Source: an uncultured delta proteobacterium (GTDB lineage: Bacteria; Desulfobacterota; Desulfobacteria; Desulfobacterales; JAFDCJ01). Taken from it: 64,000 nucleotides of DNA. Made by a program: the position numbers and the translations under genes. Positions 49,022 through 58,971 of the stretch are shown piece after piece (within the stretch, counting starts at the first letter, position 1; every line of letters begins with the position of its first letter). Location of the stretch: NCBI GenBank assembly GCA_963769935.1, contig CAVYNY010000020.1:64001-128000 (forward strand), written 5' to 3'. Below the pieces are notes generated by a model. It saw only the letters and a program-made list of their open reading frames with translations, ran no database searches and was not told the DNA's origin.

Positions 49022-50101
49022 ATGAATAGACTTGCTTATTTTATCTCACCCCACGGATTCGGGCATGCCGCCCGGGCCGCGGCGGTGATGCAGGCGGTGT
49101 CTGGAATAGACGCTGCCGTTTACTTTGATATTTTCACAACAGTTCCGTCCTGGTTTTTTCAGGACTCATTGTCCGTCCCGTTTACCTATCACAAACTTTT
49201 AACCGATATTGGTCTGGTTCAGAAAACCTCATTTCAGGCCGATCTGAAGGCAACGCTGCGCAGGTTAACTGAATTTTTACCTTTTCAGGCCTCGCGCATT
49301 AAAGAAATCGCCGCAACGGTCAAGAAATTAAACTGTGCATTAATTATTTGTGATATTTCCCCCCTGGGCCTTGCGGTTGGCAAGCAAGCCGGGATCCCCA
49401 CCGTACTGGTGGAAAATTTCACCTGGGATTGGATCTATCAGCAGTATGTCGATCTCGCCGGCCGTTTCAACGGACATATCGATTACTTGAAGACCTTGTT
49501 CACAGGTGCTCAATATCACGTAAAGACAGAACCGGTTTGCAGCCCGGGCCCGGTCGATCTGACAACCGCGCCGGTCAGCCGCAAAATAAAAAATCCGGCA
49601 GCCCGGATCAGAAAACGGCTGGGTCTACCGGCGGCGTCCAAAATGGTATTGATCACCACGGGCGGCATAAAGCAAAGCTATGGTTTTCTGGATAAATTAA
49701 GGCAAGTGCGCCGTATCGATTTTGTCTTGCCGGGAGCCGGTCTTCAAATGGCGATCCGGGATAATTTGATTATCCTGCCCTCTCGTTCTGATTTTTATCA
49801 TCCGGATCTGGTCAATGCTTCCGATGCAGTCGTCGGCAAAGTCGGCTACAGCACCCTGGCCGAAGTTTACCATGCCGGGGTGCCGTTCGGTTACGCCGTG
49901 CGTTCGAATTTCCGTGAATCCGAGCCATTGGTGGATTTTATTGAGAGAGAAATGAACGGTATTTTTCTGGATGAATCTGAATTCAGCCTGGGAGATTGGA
50001 CTGCCAAACTGAATGACCTGCTGGATATGGGGCGCGTGCCAAGAAGCGCGCCAAATGGAGCAGATCAGATCGGCCGATTTATCACCGGACTCATAAAATG
50101 A
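49022..50101 (+). CDS. GT-B fold glycosyltransferase-like protein
   Basis: ISPHGFGHAAR, NFTWDWIY and VGKVGYST.AE motifs. Confidence 0.75.
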   Translation: MNRLAYFISPHGFGHAARAAAVMQAVSGIDAAVYFDIFTTVPSWFFQDSLSVPFTYHKLLTDIGLVQKTSFQADLKATLRRLTEFLPFQASRIKEIAATVKKLNCALIICDISPLGLAVGKQAGIPTVLVENFTWDWIYQQYVDLAGRFNGHIDYLKTLFTGAQYHVKTEPVCSPGPVDLTTAPVSRKIKNPAARIRKRLGLPAASKMVLITTGGIKQSYGFLDKLRQVRRIDFVLPGAGLQMAIRDNLIILPSRSDFYHPDLVNASDAVVGKVGYSTLAEVYHAGVPFGYAVRSNFRESEPLVDFIEREMNGIFLDESEFSLGDWTAKLNDLLDMGRVPRSAPNGADQIGRFITGLIK

Positions 50102-50925
50102 TTAAAAAGATTATTTCAGGTGGACAAACAGGCGTTGATCGCGCGGCCCTGGATGCGGCTATCAAGCTTTCCATAGATCACGGGGGCTGGATCCCGCAAG
50201 GACGACTTACCGAAAGCGGGCCCTTGCCGCCCGAATACCAATTGAAAGAAACCCGGAGCCCCAATTATGCTGAACGTACCCTGAAAAACGTCCTGGCTGC
50301 CGACGGAACTCTGATCATATCTCGCGGACCATTAACCGGCGGCTCCGAGTATACCCGCGAGATGGCCGTCAAACATCAACGTCCCTGGCTTCACATCGAC
50401 CTTAATAGCAAGGCCGCTTTCCAGGCGGCCACCGATATCAATAACTGGATAGTAGATAACCGGATAGAAATTTTAAACGTTGCCGGTCCGCGGGCCAGCA
50501 AAGACGCGAAAATATATCACGAAACCCTCACCATTATCGAGAGCACCTATTATCTTGGGTTGATAGAGCGCGGCAGGCCCGGTACCGGTGGACCGAGCAA
50601 TCCAATGCCCCAATCTTCCAAACAATCGGCAAGCGGACCTTCAACTTTAGCGCAGGCCGTGCAACGATTGATTGCGCAAATGTCTCTCAAAGATAAAGCG
50701 ACGGTAGCCAACATGCTGGAAGATGAATTGCCGCACCTCTATTTAAGACTGGGTGATTATATTCTGAACAAATTCGGTTTGTTGTCTGGAAACGCGAAGC
50801 TCATGGAATCCTGCCGGTTGGAAGTTAACGGCCCATTACAAAAAGAAGAGGACGCCGTGGCAGTCATAATTAAAGCGCTCTGGCAAAACCTGCAGCAGAC
50901 GTACAAATTGCGGGTAATCAAGTGA
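50098..50925 (+). CDS. Putative molybdenum-carrier / YpsA-like SLOG protein with a C-terminal helical domain
   Basis: KIISGGQTGVDRAALD, GGW.P.GR, RT..NV..ADGTL and LNVAGPRAS motifs. Confidence 0.85.
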   Translation: MIKKIISGGQTGVDRAALDAAIKLSIDHGGWIPQGRLTESGPLPPEYQLKETRSPNYAERTLKNVLAADGTLIISRGPLTGGSEYTREMAVKHQRPWLHIDLNSKAAFQAATDINNWIVDNRIEILNVAGPRASKDAKIYHETLTIIESTYYLGLIERGRPGTGGPSNPMPQSSKQSASGPSTLAQAVQRLIAQMSLKDKATVANMLEDELPHLYLRLGDYILNKFGLLSGNAKLMESCRLEVNGPLQKEEDAVAVIIKALWQNLQQTYKLRVIK

Positions 50926-50997
50926 AAGTAGTTCGATTGCGGAGTCCGGATTGCGGAATGTTTTAGGTTTCAGGCCGGAAATCAACGAGAGAGGAGA

Positions 50998-51778
50998 CAC
51001 GGAGGTACAGGACATTTACCTTCGCCTGGCTGAACATCTTGAAAAACTGGCCATGGGTTATCCTTTTAGTGAAGCGCTGCCGGATCTGCTCAGGGAAATG
51101 TTCAGCCCGGTGGAGGCCGAAGTCGCCTTGGCGATCCCCAATAATCTGGCCCCCCTGGAAGTCGTCAGCCGGCAGACTATTGTCGACGGCTGTCAACTTC
51201 CGGAATCCACCACAATCGAGGCGCTAAAATCGCTGGCCGGCCGCAATATTCTCTACAGCCGGACAACCGACGCAGGAAACACCGGATATGCGCTGCTGCA
51301 GGTTGGTTGCGGCGTTCCCCAGACGTTTTTTGGGGGCGGCCAGAATGATGAGCGCGCCCGCCGCATGGCCAAACTGGTTCTAAACTATTTTAATGTGCCG
51401 ACCACCCCAAAAGTGTATGGACCCGTGCCGACCAAAGCCTATAAATTCGCACCGGCCAACCTGAGTATCGACATTGCCATGCAGGGAGTCATGCCCAATG
51501 AACAAATGGCGCCCATCATCGATGCGGCTGTTAAAATCGCCGTGGCGCATTGTCCCTGCCGCATGTCGGCTAAAATTCTCGGACGAACCGACTGTCGACA
51601 CAGCCTGGAGGTCTGCATCAAATACGATGAATTGGCCGAGTTTGTGATATCAAAAGGATTGGCGCGTGAAATTTCCAAAGACGAGGCCCATCAAATCCTG
51701 GCCGCCTGCGAAAAAGAAGGCCTTGTTCACATGGTGGACAATGCCCAGGGACAGATCGAGCACACCTGCAATTGCTAA
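50998..51778 (+). pseudogene. Truncated 4Fe-4S ferredoxin-domain protein; C-terminal Fe-S domain missing
   Basis: Y.RLAEHL, IAVAHCPCR, C.HSLEVC, GLAREIS and EKEGLVH motifs. Ends at TCNC-TAA, where this family normally continues with further Cys and 4Fe-4S motifs. No clean ATG after the RBS. Confidence 0.65.
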
Positions 51779-52013
51779 GGACTTGCATGATTGTCTGGAG
51801 CAGAACTTTGTTCTATCTCATTCAGGAAGTCAAATTTTTTGCCGCAATTGTTCGAATTCGGAAAAATTTTAGACGAATTAAGTAAAAGTTGTGTAACAAA
51901 GGTTATATAATTCAGTAAAATTTTCCACACATGACGATCCCGCAACAGCATCATTTGCCCTGCCTTTGCCCTAAATACCTATAATCACTGCGTTCAGAAA
52001 TTGCCATTTGTTT

Positions 52014-52029
52014 TGGCATGATGCTTGCT
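52014..52029 (+). promoter_or_regulatory. sigma-54 (-24/-12) promoter
   Basis: TGGCATGATGCTTGCT, a near-consensus TGGCA-N6-TTGC. Confidence 0.8.
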
Positions 52030-52209
52030 AAACTGAGATACGAAACAGCGGGGCCATATCCCTGCGGGCCTGTGTACAATTTTCCGGAGAAGTTTAAACC
52101 AGCAATGGATGTCTTTTACGGTTGGCCGGAATATCAGTTTTTACCTTTGCCGACCGTGCATAATTTAAGAACCTGAATGAATGCCATCAGTGAAAGGGGA
52201 GACATTGCT

Positions 52210-52461
52210 TTGAATAAAATGCAGGGGCCCCCTGTTATGCAAGATAAGGGCGGGTCGCGTTCCGGCGGGGACCGGCGACAAAACCAGGAGCCCTTTCCGG
52301 GTGAAGAGAAACGATCCGGCAGAGATAGAAGAGCAGGGGGTGACCGCCGCAGCGGTCAGGCTCGCCGGAGAAGGCCGGACCGCCGAACCGGCATATGCTG
52401 GGACGGAAGTTGCATTGAACGACGGGATGCCTTTCGAGCAAGATCCGAGAAATCTTCATGA
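52210..52461 (+). CDS. Small Arg-rich (D/E)RR-repeat protein A
   Basis: DKGGSRSGGDRRQ...EEKRSGRDRRAGGDRRSG...PDRR...IERRDAFR; AAGGGGAG RBS before TTG 52210 (alternative starts 52177, 52219). Confidence 0.7.
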   Translation: MNKMQGPPVMQDKGGSRSGGDRRQNQEPFPGEEKRSGRDRRAGGDRRSGQARRRRPDRRTGICWDGSCIERRDAFRARSEKSS

Positions 52462-52549
52462 AACGTGAAAGTATCAATGACGGCCTAGATGAAATCTCGG
52501 CCTTCACTGCTGAAGCATCGCCGAACCCTGGGAAGGAGCCCGCCAGCAA

Positions 52550-52915
52550 ATGCAATTTGAGGAACAAAGAGCCGGTAAAAGAATGAACTATGAAGCTCCG
52601 GTGATTATCGAAAACTGCCAAACAGGCGAATATTATGACGGCAGCATGTACAATTACAGTCACGGAGGCATGTATATTGAATTGGATAGCTTCCTCAGGC
52701 CCGGGTCCGACATTCGCATCGTCGTGGAAAAAGCGAAAGATTCCTCTCACAACGAATGCCGCCACGCAAAAATTATATGGTGCCGGGAAATAGCCGGGGC
52801 CGTCGTACTATACAATTACGGTGCCGGTGTGCAATATGATCCAACGGCCAAACCGGCCGACTGCCGAAAAATTTTTAAAGTAATTGAAGGTGGTGCGAGC
52901 GAGAATAAATTATAG
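52550..52915 (+). CDS. Stand-alone PilZ-domain protein
   Basis: EQRAGKR (RxxxR); NYSHGGM (N/DxSxGG); AKIIW and GAGVQY; AAGGAG RBS. Confidence 0.85.
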   Translation: MQFEEQRAGKRMNYEAPVIIENCQTGEYYDGSMYNYSHGGMYIELDSFLRPGSDIRIVVEKAKDSSHNECRHAKIIWCREIAGAVVLYNYGAGVQYDPTAKPADCRKIFKVIEGGASENKL

Positions 52916-52959
52916 AAAATATTAAACGGCATGGTGCCGCTAAAACAGCCCCTCCAGGC

Positions 52960-53025
52960 GCCATCCGGATGGCAGCTCATCCGAGCAAAGGGCAGGGCCG
53001 TCCGACCACAAGCCATCCGGATGGC
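52960..53025. repeat. Two copies of the perfect 14-bp palindrome GCCATCCGGATGGC
   Basis: 52960-52973 and 53012-53025. Confidence 0.85.
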
Positions 53026-53194
53026 GTTCCCATAATTACTCCGCCCTGAAAAATAGCGATACCGGTTCTATGTAAAACAAATTCCTCACTCATACAATCG
53101 CTCTTGACTGTATCTATCGACGGGATTATGTCCTTGCACATATGAAATCTAAAACAGCTGTTGCAAGATCTCACCCTAAGCTCAAGGAAACCGT

Positions 53195-53845
53195 ATGCAA
53201 TTAGAAGTCACAATACCTCTTTTCCCGCTTGGGTTGGTTTTGATGCCGCAAATCCCCCTGCCGCTGCACATCTTTGAGGAACGTTATAAATTGATGATAG
53301 GTGCATGTCTAACAGAAGACAGGGAATTTGGCATCGTTTATTTGAATGCGACCGATATTCAATCGGCTGGATGCACGGCCAAAATATTGAAAGTCATTAG
53401 GCGTTATGACGACGGCCGCCTGGATATACTAACACGCGGTCAAAGACGCTTTCTAATTAAAGAAATATACGAAAACAAGGCGTATCTGGAAGCCAGGGTC
53501 ACTTACTTCGATGATGAAAGGCCGGCAGACATCAGCGGCTGTCAAGATCTGGCTGAAAAAGGAACGGCTCTTTTAAGGCAGTTCGCTTCCATCCTGGAAT
53601 TACAGGAAGGATACGATTTTACTGCGGAAATGGACTTTAAAGCCATCTCGTTTTTAATTGCGGGCTGTGAAGGATTTAGTCCCGCTGAGAAACAACGATT
53701 TCTTGAAATGACTTCAACCAGCGAGCGCCTTAAAAAAAGCGTTGATTCGCTGAAAAATATCCTTGAGAGGATGAGGATTACTGCAGAAATTCACAAAATA
53801 ATTGGCGGAAACGGCAGTAAAAAGCGCTTGAGCGGATGGGATTGA
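53195..53845 (+). CDS. Stand-alone Lon protease N-terminal (substrate-binding) domain protein
   Basis: IPLFPL..VLMP...LPLHIFEERY..MI, FGIV, DGR..I..RG..RF and KQRFLEM...ERL; no AAA or protease domain. Confidence 0.9.
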   Translation: MQLEVTIPLFPLGLVLMPQIPLPLHIFEERYKLMIGACLTEDREFGIVYLNATDIQSAGCTAKILKVIRRYDDGRLDILTRGQRRFLIKEIYENKAYLEARVTYFDDERPADISGCQDLAEKGTALLRQFASILELQEGYDFTAEMDFKAISFLIAGCEGFSPAEKQRFLEMTSTSERLKKSVDSLKNILERMRITAEIHKIIGGNGSKKRLSGWD

Positions 53846-53923
53846 TTCTCTGACCATTTTCGATTTAGTTCGCCCGCAGCGGGATTAAATTAAGATGAAC
53901 TTGAGTTAGTTAAAAATCGATTC

Positions 53924-54175
53924 CTATTCCGAATATTTTTCTTTGAACATGCAGCGGCGTTCGATTTTTTTCCTCCTCTTCAGATTCTGCATACTCCGGC
54001 GGTCGCTGGGACTGCGGCGATGGCGAAGATTTCTTCTCTCCGGGAAATGATCGGATGAAGCAAATTGTCGACGGTCCGGTACGCGACGCCTGCCGCCCCT
54101 GTCCTTTGCATCAATGAGGCCTTCCGCTTCCGTCATTACAGCACCCTGGAACTTTTCATCCGGCATATTGGCCAT
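53924..54175 (-). CDS. Small Arg-rich (D/E)RR-repeat protein B, paralogue of A
   Basis: DRGGRRRVPDRRQ...PERRNLRHRRSPSDRRS...IERRCMFK; AAAGGA RBS. Confidence 0.7.
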   Translation of the reverse strand: MANMPDEKFQGAVMTEAEGLIDAKDRGGRRRVPDRRQFASSDHFPERRNLRHRRSPSDRRSMQNLKRRKKIERRCMFKEKYSE

Positions 54176-54452
54176 GAACATCCTTTCGTTTACATTGGGG
54201 ATCCTGTTATCGAATAATATTTACCGGCCTTTGCCTTTTTTGTCAAGATCTTCTGGCAAGGAAGACTCCTTAACCCTGGACAGAGCAAAGCAATAGCGAA
54301 AATTTTCGTACGGGTCCACCCCACCGGCGGGGTCATCTATCGCGGGAGTTTTTGAGGTGCGCCTTTCGCTCATGGTTAAGCTCAGTCCAGGTGTAGCGGC
54401 CAATCAACTACTTGCGATGATTCCGGTGTAACTTCTTCAACGCGCCCATGTC

Positions 54453-54968
54453 TTAAACCAGTTTCTTGACCGCGCCAAGCGCGGCTTTGTAATCCGGCTC
54501 TTCCGTCACTTCTTTGACCAGCTGAAGGTATTGAATGACCCCGTTCTGATCCACGACAAAAACCGCCCTGGCCAGCAGGCGCAGCTCTTTAATCAAAAGA
54601 CCGGTTGCTTCACCGAAGGCGGCGTTGCGGTGATCGGATAAAGTAACCACTTTGTCAATTCCGGCCGCCCCGCACCAACGTGCCTGGGCAAAAGGTAGAT
54701 CCATGCTCAAAGTAAGGATCGCCACTTTATCGCCAAGACCACCGGCCGCCTCGTTGAACTTGCGGGTTTGCATGTCGCACACCGGGGTGTCCAGGGATGG
54801 CACAACCGATACGACGCATACCTTTCCCCGGTATGCAGAGAGCCGGACCGGGCTCAGATCATTTCCCAGTACGGTAACGTCCGGTGCTTTATCTCCGACT
54901 TTAAGTTCATTCCCAACCAGTGTCAACGGACTGCCTTTAAAGGTTATAACTCCGGTTCGTTCTTGCAT
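54453..54968 (-). CDS. tpx: Thiol peroxidase (atypical 2-Cys peroxiredoxin)
   Basis: VPSLDTPVC, SMDLPFAQARWC and LLARAVFV motifs. Confidence 0.95.
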   Translation of the reverse strand: MQERTGVITFKGSPLTLVGNELKVGDKAPDVTVLGNDLSPVRLSAYRGKVCVVSVVPSLDTPVCDMQTRKFNEAAGGLGDKVAILTLSMDLPFAQARWCGAAGIDKVVTLSDHRNAAFGEATGLLIKELRLLARAVFVVDQNGVIQYLQLVKEVTEEPDYKAALGAVKKLV

Positions 54969-55208
54969 TTTATGTTTCCTTTTCAATTGTAAGTTTTCAT
55001 CAAGGTAAGGACATTTTAGTGCAAATCAAGTTGGCCTTGTGTTTGAGTCTGACAATACCGCGTTCAACGATTTTAACACCGCTTCCGTTGTTCAATCCTT
55101 CACCTACACAAAATTCCTGTGGCCGACTTGACTCTCGCCATTCCAACCATAAGTTTAGATAATCATAAATCGACATTCTGTCAAAAAATGGAAGAAAGCG
55201 AGTTAGGC

Positions 55209-56675
55209 ATGCCAAAATACGACTACGACATTGGTGTCATCGGCGCGGGCGCAGCCGGGTTGACGGTTGCATCCGGATCGGCCCAGCTAGGAGCCAAAAC
55301 TCTGCTGATTGAAAAGGAAAAGGAGCTGGGCGGAGATTGTCTTCATTTTGGCTGTGTGCCCAGCAAAACCCTGATAAAGACGGCCCACGTTTATTCTTTG
55401 ATGCAAAATTCCAGCAAATTCGGTTTGCCGCCGGTGCTGCTGCCGCCGGTGGATTTTAAGGAGGTTTCCAAAAGGATAAGATCGGTGATCGACGCCATTC
55501 AACACCATGACTCGAAGGAGCGCTTTTGCAGACTTGGCGCTCAGGTTGAGTTCGGCCGGCCGACTTTCACCGATGAACACAGCATTCGGTTGAACAGCAA
55601 CAATTATTCCGCCAAAACCTGGGTCATTGCCACCGGATCTTCGCCCGCTGCACCTCCCATCAAAGGATTAGATAGAACGCCTTACATTACCAATCGGGAA
55701 ATTTTCGCCCTTGACCATCTGCCGAAATCCATGATTATTCTGGGAGGCGGACCGATCGGCAGTGAAATGTCACAGGCGTTTTGCCGGCTGGGGACCAAGG
55801 TTACCGTGGTGAATCGACCCCCCCAGATTCTGGCCAAAGAAGATTCGGATATGGCAGACGCCGTCAAGGATGTTCTCAGTTCTGAAGGCGTGGAATTTTA
55901 TCTTAGTTCTTCCATCGAGGAAGTCAGAGATCTCGGCCGGGATAAAGAGGTCAGGATCAAAACACAGCAGGGCAGCCTGATCAGCCTGAAGGCCGAAACG
56001 ATTCTGGTGGCCCTGGGACGGGATGCCAATACAGATGGTCTCGCACTGGAAGATGCCGGCGTAAAATTCGATCGTCGGGGAATAAACGTCGACAATCGTC
56101 TGCGAACCAATCTCAAACACATTTATGCTGCCGGCGATATTAACGGCGGCTTTCAATTTACTCATGCCGCCGGGTATGAAGGCGGCATTGTGGTGAGCAA
56201 TGCCGTCTTCCGCCTTCCGCGCAAGGCTGACTATACCTTTATGCCCTGGTGCACCTATACCGATCCGCCGCTGGGCAGCATCGGCATGAATGAAAAAAGT
56301 GCCAGGGCCGCCGGAATCGACTATAAAGTCTGGACGGAAGAATTCAAGGACAACGATCGCAGCCTGGCCGAAGGCGAAACGGTCGGTAAAATCAAAATGA
56401 TACTTGACGACAAGGAAAAACCTATCGGTGTTCAGATTTTAGGGCCCCATGCCGGAGACCTCATCTGTGAATGGGTGGCTGTACTGAATGGGAAAGTAAA
56501 ACTCTCCACCCTGGCGGCTGCCATTCATCCCTATCCGACCATCGGAGAGATCAATAAAAAAGTTGCCGGCTCCTACTTTTCTCCGAAAATATTCTCGGAA
56601 AAAGTACAAAAAGGATTGAAGTTTTTCTTCCATCTGAAAGGCAGAGCCTGCGCGGAGGATGCTTGCGGTGGATAG
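55209..56675 (+). CDS. Pyridine nucleotide-disulfide oxidoreductase (Lpd/MerA-like family)
   Basis: GAGAAG, GGDCLHFGCVPSK, GGGPIG and HPYPT motifs. Confidence 0.88.
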   Translation: MPKYDYDIGVIGAGAAGLTVASGSAQLGAKTLLIEKEKELGGDCLHFGCVPSKTLIKTAHVYSLMQNSSKFGLPPVLLPPVDFKEVSKRIRSVIDAIQHHDSKERFCRLGAQVEFGRPTFTDEHSIRLNSNNYSAKTWVIATGSSPAAPPIKGLDRTPYITNREIFALDHLPKSMIILGGGPIGSEMSQAFCRLGTKVTVVNRPPQILAKEDSDMADAVKDVLSSEGVEFYLSSSIEEVRDLGRDKEVRIKTQQGSLISLKAETILVALGRDANTDGLALEDAGVKFDRRGINVDNRLRTNLKHIYAAGDINGGFQFTHAAGYEGGIVVSNAVFRLPRKADYTFMPWCTYTDPPLGSIGMNEKSARAAGIDYKVWTEEFKDNDRSLAEGETVGKIKMILDDKEKPIGVQILGPHAGDLICEWVAVLNGKVKLSTLAAAIHPYPTIGEINKKVAGSYFSPKIFSEKVQKGLKFFFHLKGRACAEDACGG

Positions 56676-56695
56676 GGACAGTTAAGGATCATAAC

Positions 56696-58273
56696 ATGGC
56701 AAATAGCTACCATAGCCCGCGGGTCAAAACAGAAGTCACTGCATCCGTCAGCGCACCGGATCTGGGAATTGATGCCGCAGAATGTATTGCTCCCGAAAGC
56801 ACCGACCCTTGCACCATCGTAATTCTGGGAGCAACCGGCGATTTGACCGCCCGCAAGCTGATACCGGCTCTTTATAATCTCTATCTCAATGACGGCTTGC
56901 CGCAGCCTTTTCAAATTGTCGGTTGCGGCCGGACAAAATTAGACGATCTTGAATTCCGCCATGCGATGCAGGCCGCCGTGCAAACGACCGGCAGGCCGGA
57001 TCAAAACAAGTGGCCCACCTTCGCAAAGGCCCTGCACTACCGCAGCATTGACTATGAGGACCTCGAATCCTATCACAGGCTGGCCGAGGCCTTGAGAGAC
57101 ATCGACCGTGAAAAAAATACCCTGGGAAACCGGATATTTTATGTTGCCTTGCCGCCGGCGCTTTATCATACCGTGGCCCAGATGATCGGCCGCGCCGGGC
57201 TGAGCGCCGAAATGCGCAACCATAACGGATGGTCCCGCATCGTTGTGGAAAAACCCTTCGGCACCGATTTGCAGACGGCTCAGGAGCTGGATCGCCGTCT
57301 TCATGAACATTTCCGGGAGAACCAGATTTTCAGAATCGACCACTACCTGGCCAAAGAGACGGTCCAGAATGTACTGATGTTTCGTTTTGCGAACTCGCTT
57401 TTTGAACCCATCTGGAATCGAAGATATGTCGATCACGTGAGTATCACGGCCATCGAGACCCTCGGCGTAGAACATCGAGCCGGCTATTACGAACGAACCG
57501 GCGTCTTGCGCGATATGTTTCAAAATCACATGATGCAGTTGTTGGCCCTGATCGCAATGGAACCCCCGTCCCGGTTTAAAGATGAACTGGTGCGGGATGA
57601 AAAAAGCAAGGTATTTTCCGCTCTCAGGCCCTTTCAGACTGACGATTTGGAAAATTATCTGATTCTTGCTCAGTACGGGGCCGGTGTCATCGACAACCAA
57701 CCGGTCCCCGCCTATCGGGCAGAACCGAACGTTGATTCCAATTCTCTGACGCCGACCTATGCCAGGATGAAAGTCTTTCTGGACAACTGGCGCTGGCAGG
57801 GCGTTCCGTTTTACCTGACTTCCGGCAAACGGCTGGCTGAAAAAAAAACCGAAATTGTGATTCAGTTTAAAACCGTCCCCCATTCATTGTTCCGCCACAT
57901 CCTCGGGGAAACCATTCTGGCCAACCGTTTAATCATGGGGATCTATCCGAATGAAAAGATAACGCTCTCGTTTCAAACCAAAAACCCGGGGGCCCGGGTC
58001 TGCCTGCGCACGGTCACCATGGATTTTCATTACCAGCAAAACTATTCAGGTCCGGTTCTGGATGCTTATGAAAAGGTTTTAATCGATTGCATGCTGGGCG
58101 ATCAAATGCTTTTCTGGCGACAGGACGCCGTTGAGAGAAGCTGGTCATTTTTAACTCCCATCCTGGACCGCTGTGAGGCCTGTGACGACCAGTGTCGCAT
58201 GCTGCATTTTTACCCGGCCGGCAGCAGGGGACCAACTGCCGCCGAAGGATTATTCGGGGAATCGGAAGGATAA
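56696..58273 (+). CDS. zwf: Glucose-6-phosphate 1-dehydrogenase
   Basis: GATGDL, VEKPFG, RIDHYLAKE and RDMFQNH motifs. Confidence 0.97.
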   Translation: MANSYHSPRVKTEVTASVSAPDLGIDAAECIAPESTDPCTIVILGATGDLTARKLIPALYNLYLNDGLPQPFQIVGCGRTKLDDLEFRHAMQAAVQTTGRPDQNKWPTFAKALHYRSIDYEDLESYHRLAEALRDIDREKNTLGNRIFYVALPPALYHTVAQMIGRAGLSAEMRNHNGWSRIVVEKPFGTDLQTAQELDRRLHEHFRENQIFRIDHYLAKETVQNVLMFRFANSLFEPIWNRRYVDHVSITAIETLGVEHRAGYYERTGVLRDMFQNHMMQLLALIAMEPPSRFKDELVRDEKSKVFSALRPFQTDDLENYLILAQYGAGVIDNQPVPAYRAEPNVDSNSLTPTYARMKVFLDNWRWQGVPFYLTSGKRLAEKKTEIVIQFKTVPHSLFRHILGETILANRLIMGIYPNEKITLSFQTKNPGARVCLRTVTMDFHYQQNYSGPVLDAYEKVLIDCMLGDQMLFWRQDAVERSWSFLTPILDRCEACDDQCRMLHFYPAGSRGPTAAEGLFGESEG

Positions 58274-58971
58274 TGGAAGCAGCCGGCAGTGAAATGACAA
58301 AGGATCGCAGCAAAGCAATCATAAAAGCATTATTTTTACTGCTTTTTGTCGTGGCGGCCGTTATTCTGGTCCGCTACACACCCATAAAGAACTATTTGAC
58401 GGCCGATGCGCTCGGACGTTTTCTGGCGACGGCCGGCTTCTGGGCGCCGGCGGTCTTCATACTGATTTATACGGCCGGGGTATGTTTGTTTCTGCCGGGT
58501 ACACTTCTGACCGGCCTGGGGGCCGCCATCTTCGGTGCGTACCGGGGTTTTATCTTCGTGTGGCTCGGTGCCATGGCCGGTGCCAGCTTGGCTTTTTTAA
58601 TCGGGCGAACTCTCGGCCGCGAATTCGCTGCCTCCCTGATTGGCGACAAATTGAAAAAATATGACGACGCCATCGAACGCAACGGATTTGCTACTGTATT
58701 ATACCTGCGGCTGGTGTATTTCCCATTCACGCCCATGAATTTCGGCATGGGGTTAACCAAGGTTCATTTTCGGGATTATTTTTTGGGGACCGGTCTGGGT
58801 ATCATTGTCGGAACTTTCATATTCACGTTTTTCATCGGAACATTGAAAGAAGTCTGGGCATCCGGCAACTGGGCGGAATTGATATCTTTTAAAGTATTTT
58901 TCTCCATCGGACTTTTTATTTTTTCCTTCTTCATTCCCAAAATCATCAAAAGGATCAAACGCGAAGGATGA
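58273..58971 (+). CDS. TVP38/TMEM64 (DedA superfamily, VTT) membrane protein
   Basis: FLPGT.L...GAAIFG, F.IGR.LG and LRL..FPF..MN..G motifs; start overlaps the zwf stop. Confidence 0.88.
   Translation: MEAAGSEMTKDRSKAIIKALFLLLFVVAAVILVRYTPIKNYLTADALGRFLATAGFWAPAVFILIYTAGVCLFLPGTLLTGLGAAIFGAYRGFIFVWLGAMAGASLAFLIGRTLGREFAASLIGDKLKKYDDAIERNGFATVLYLRLVYFPFTPMNFGMGLTKVHFRDYFLGTGLGIIVGTFIFTFFIGTLKEVWASGNWAELISFKVFFSIGLFIFSFFIPKIIKRIKREG

Noticed and set aside
51770..51800. Selenocysteine read-through after CNC
   Set aside because: The stop is TAA, not TGA, and no ferredoxin-like sequence follows.
55209..56675. Mercuric reductase (merA)
   Set aside because: No vicinal C-terminal Cys-Cys pair, no N-terminal metal-binding domain and no mer genes nearby.
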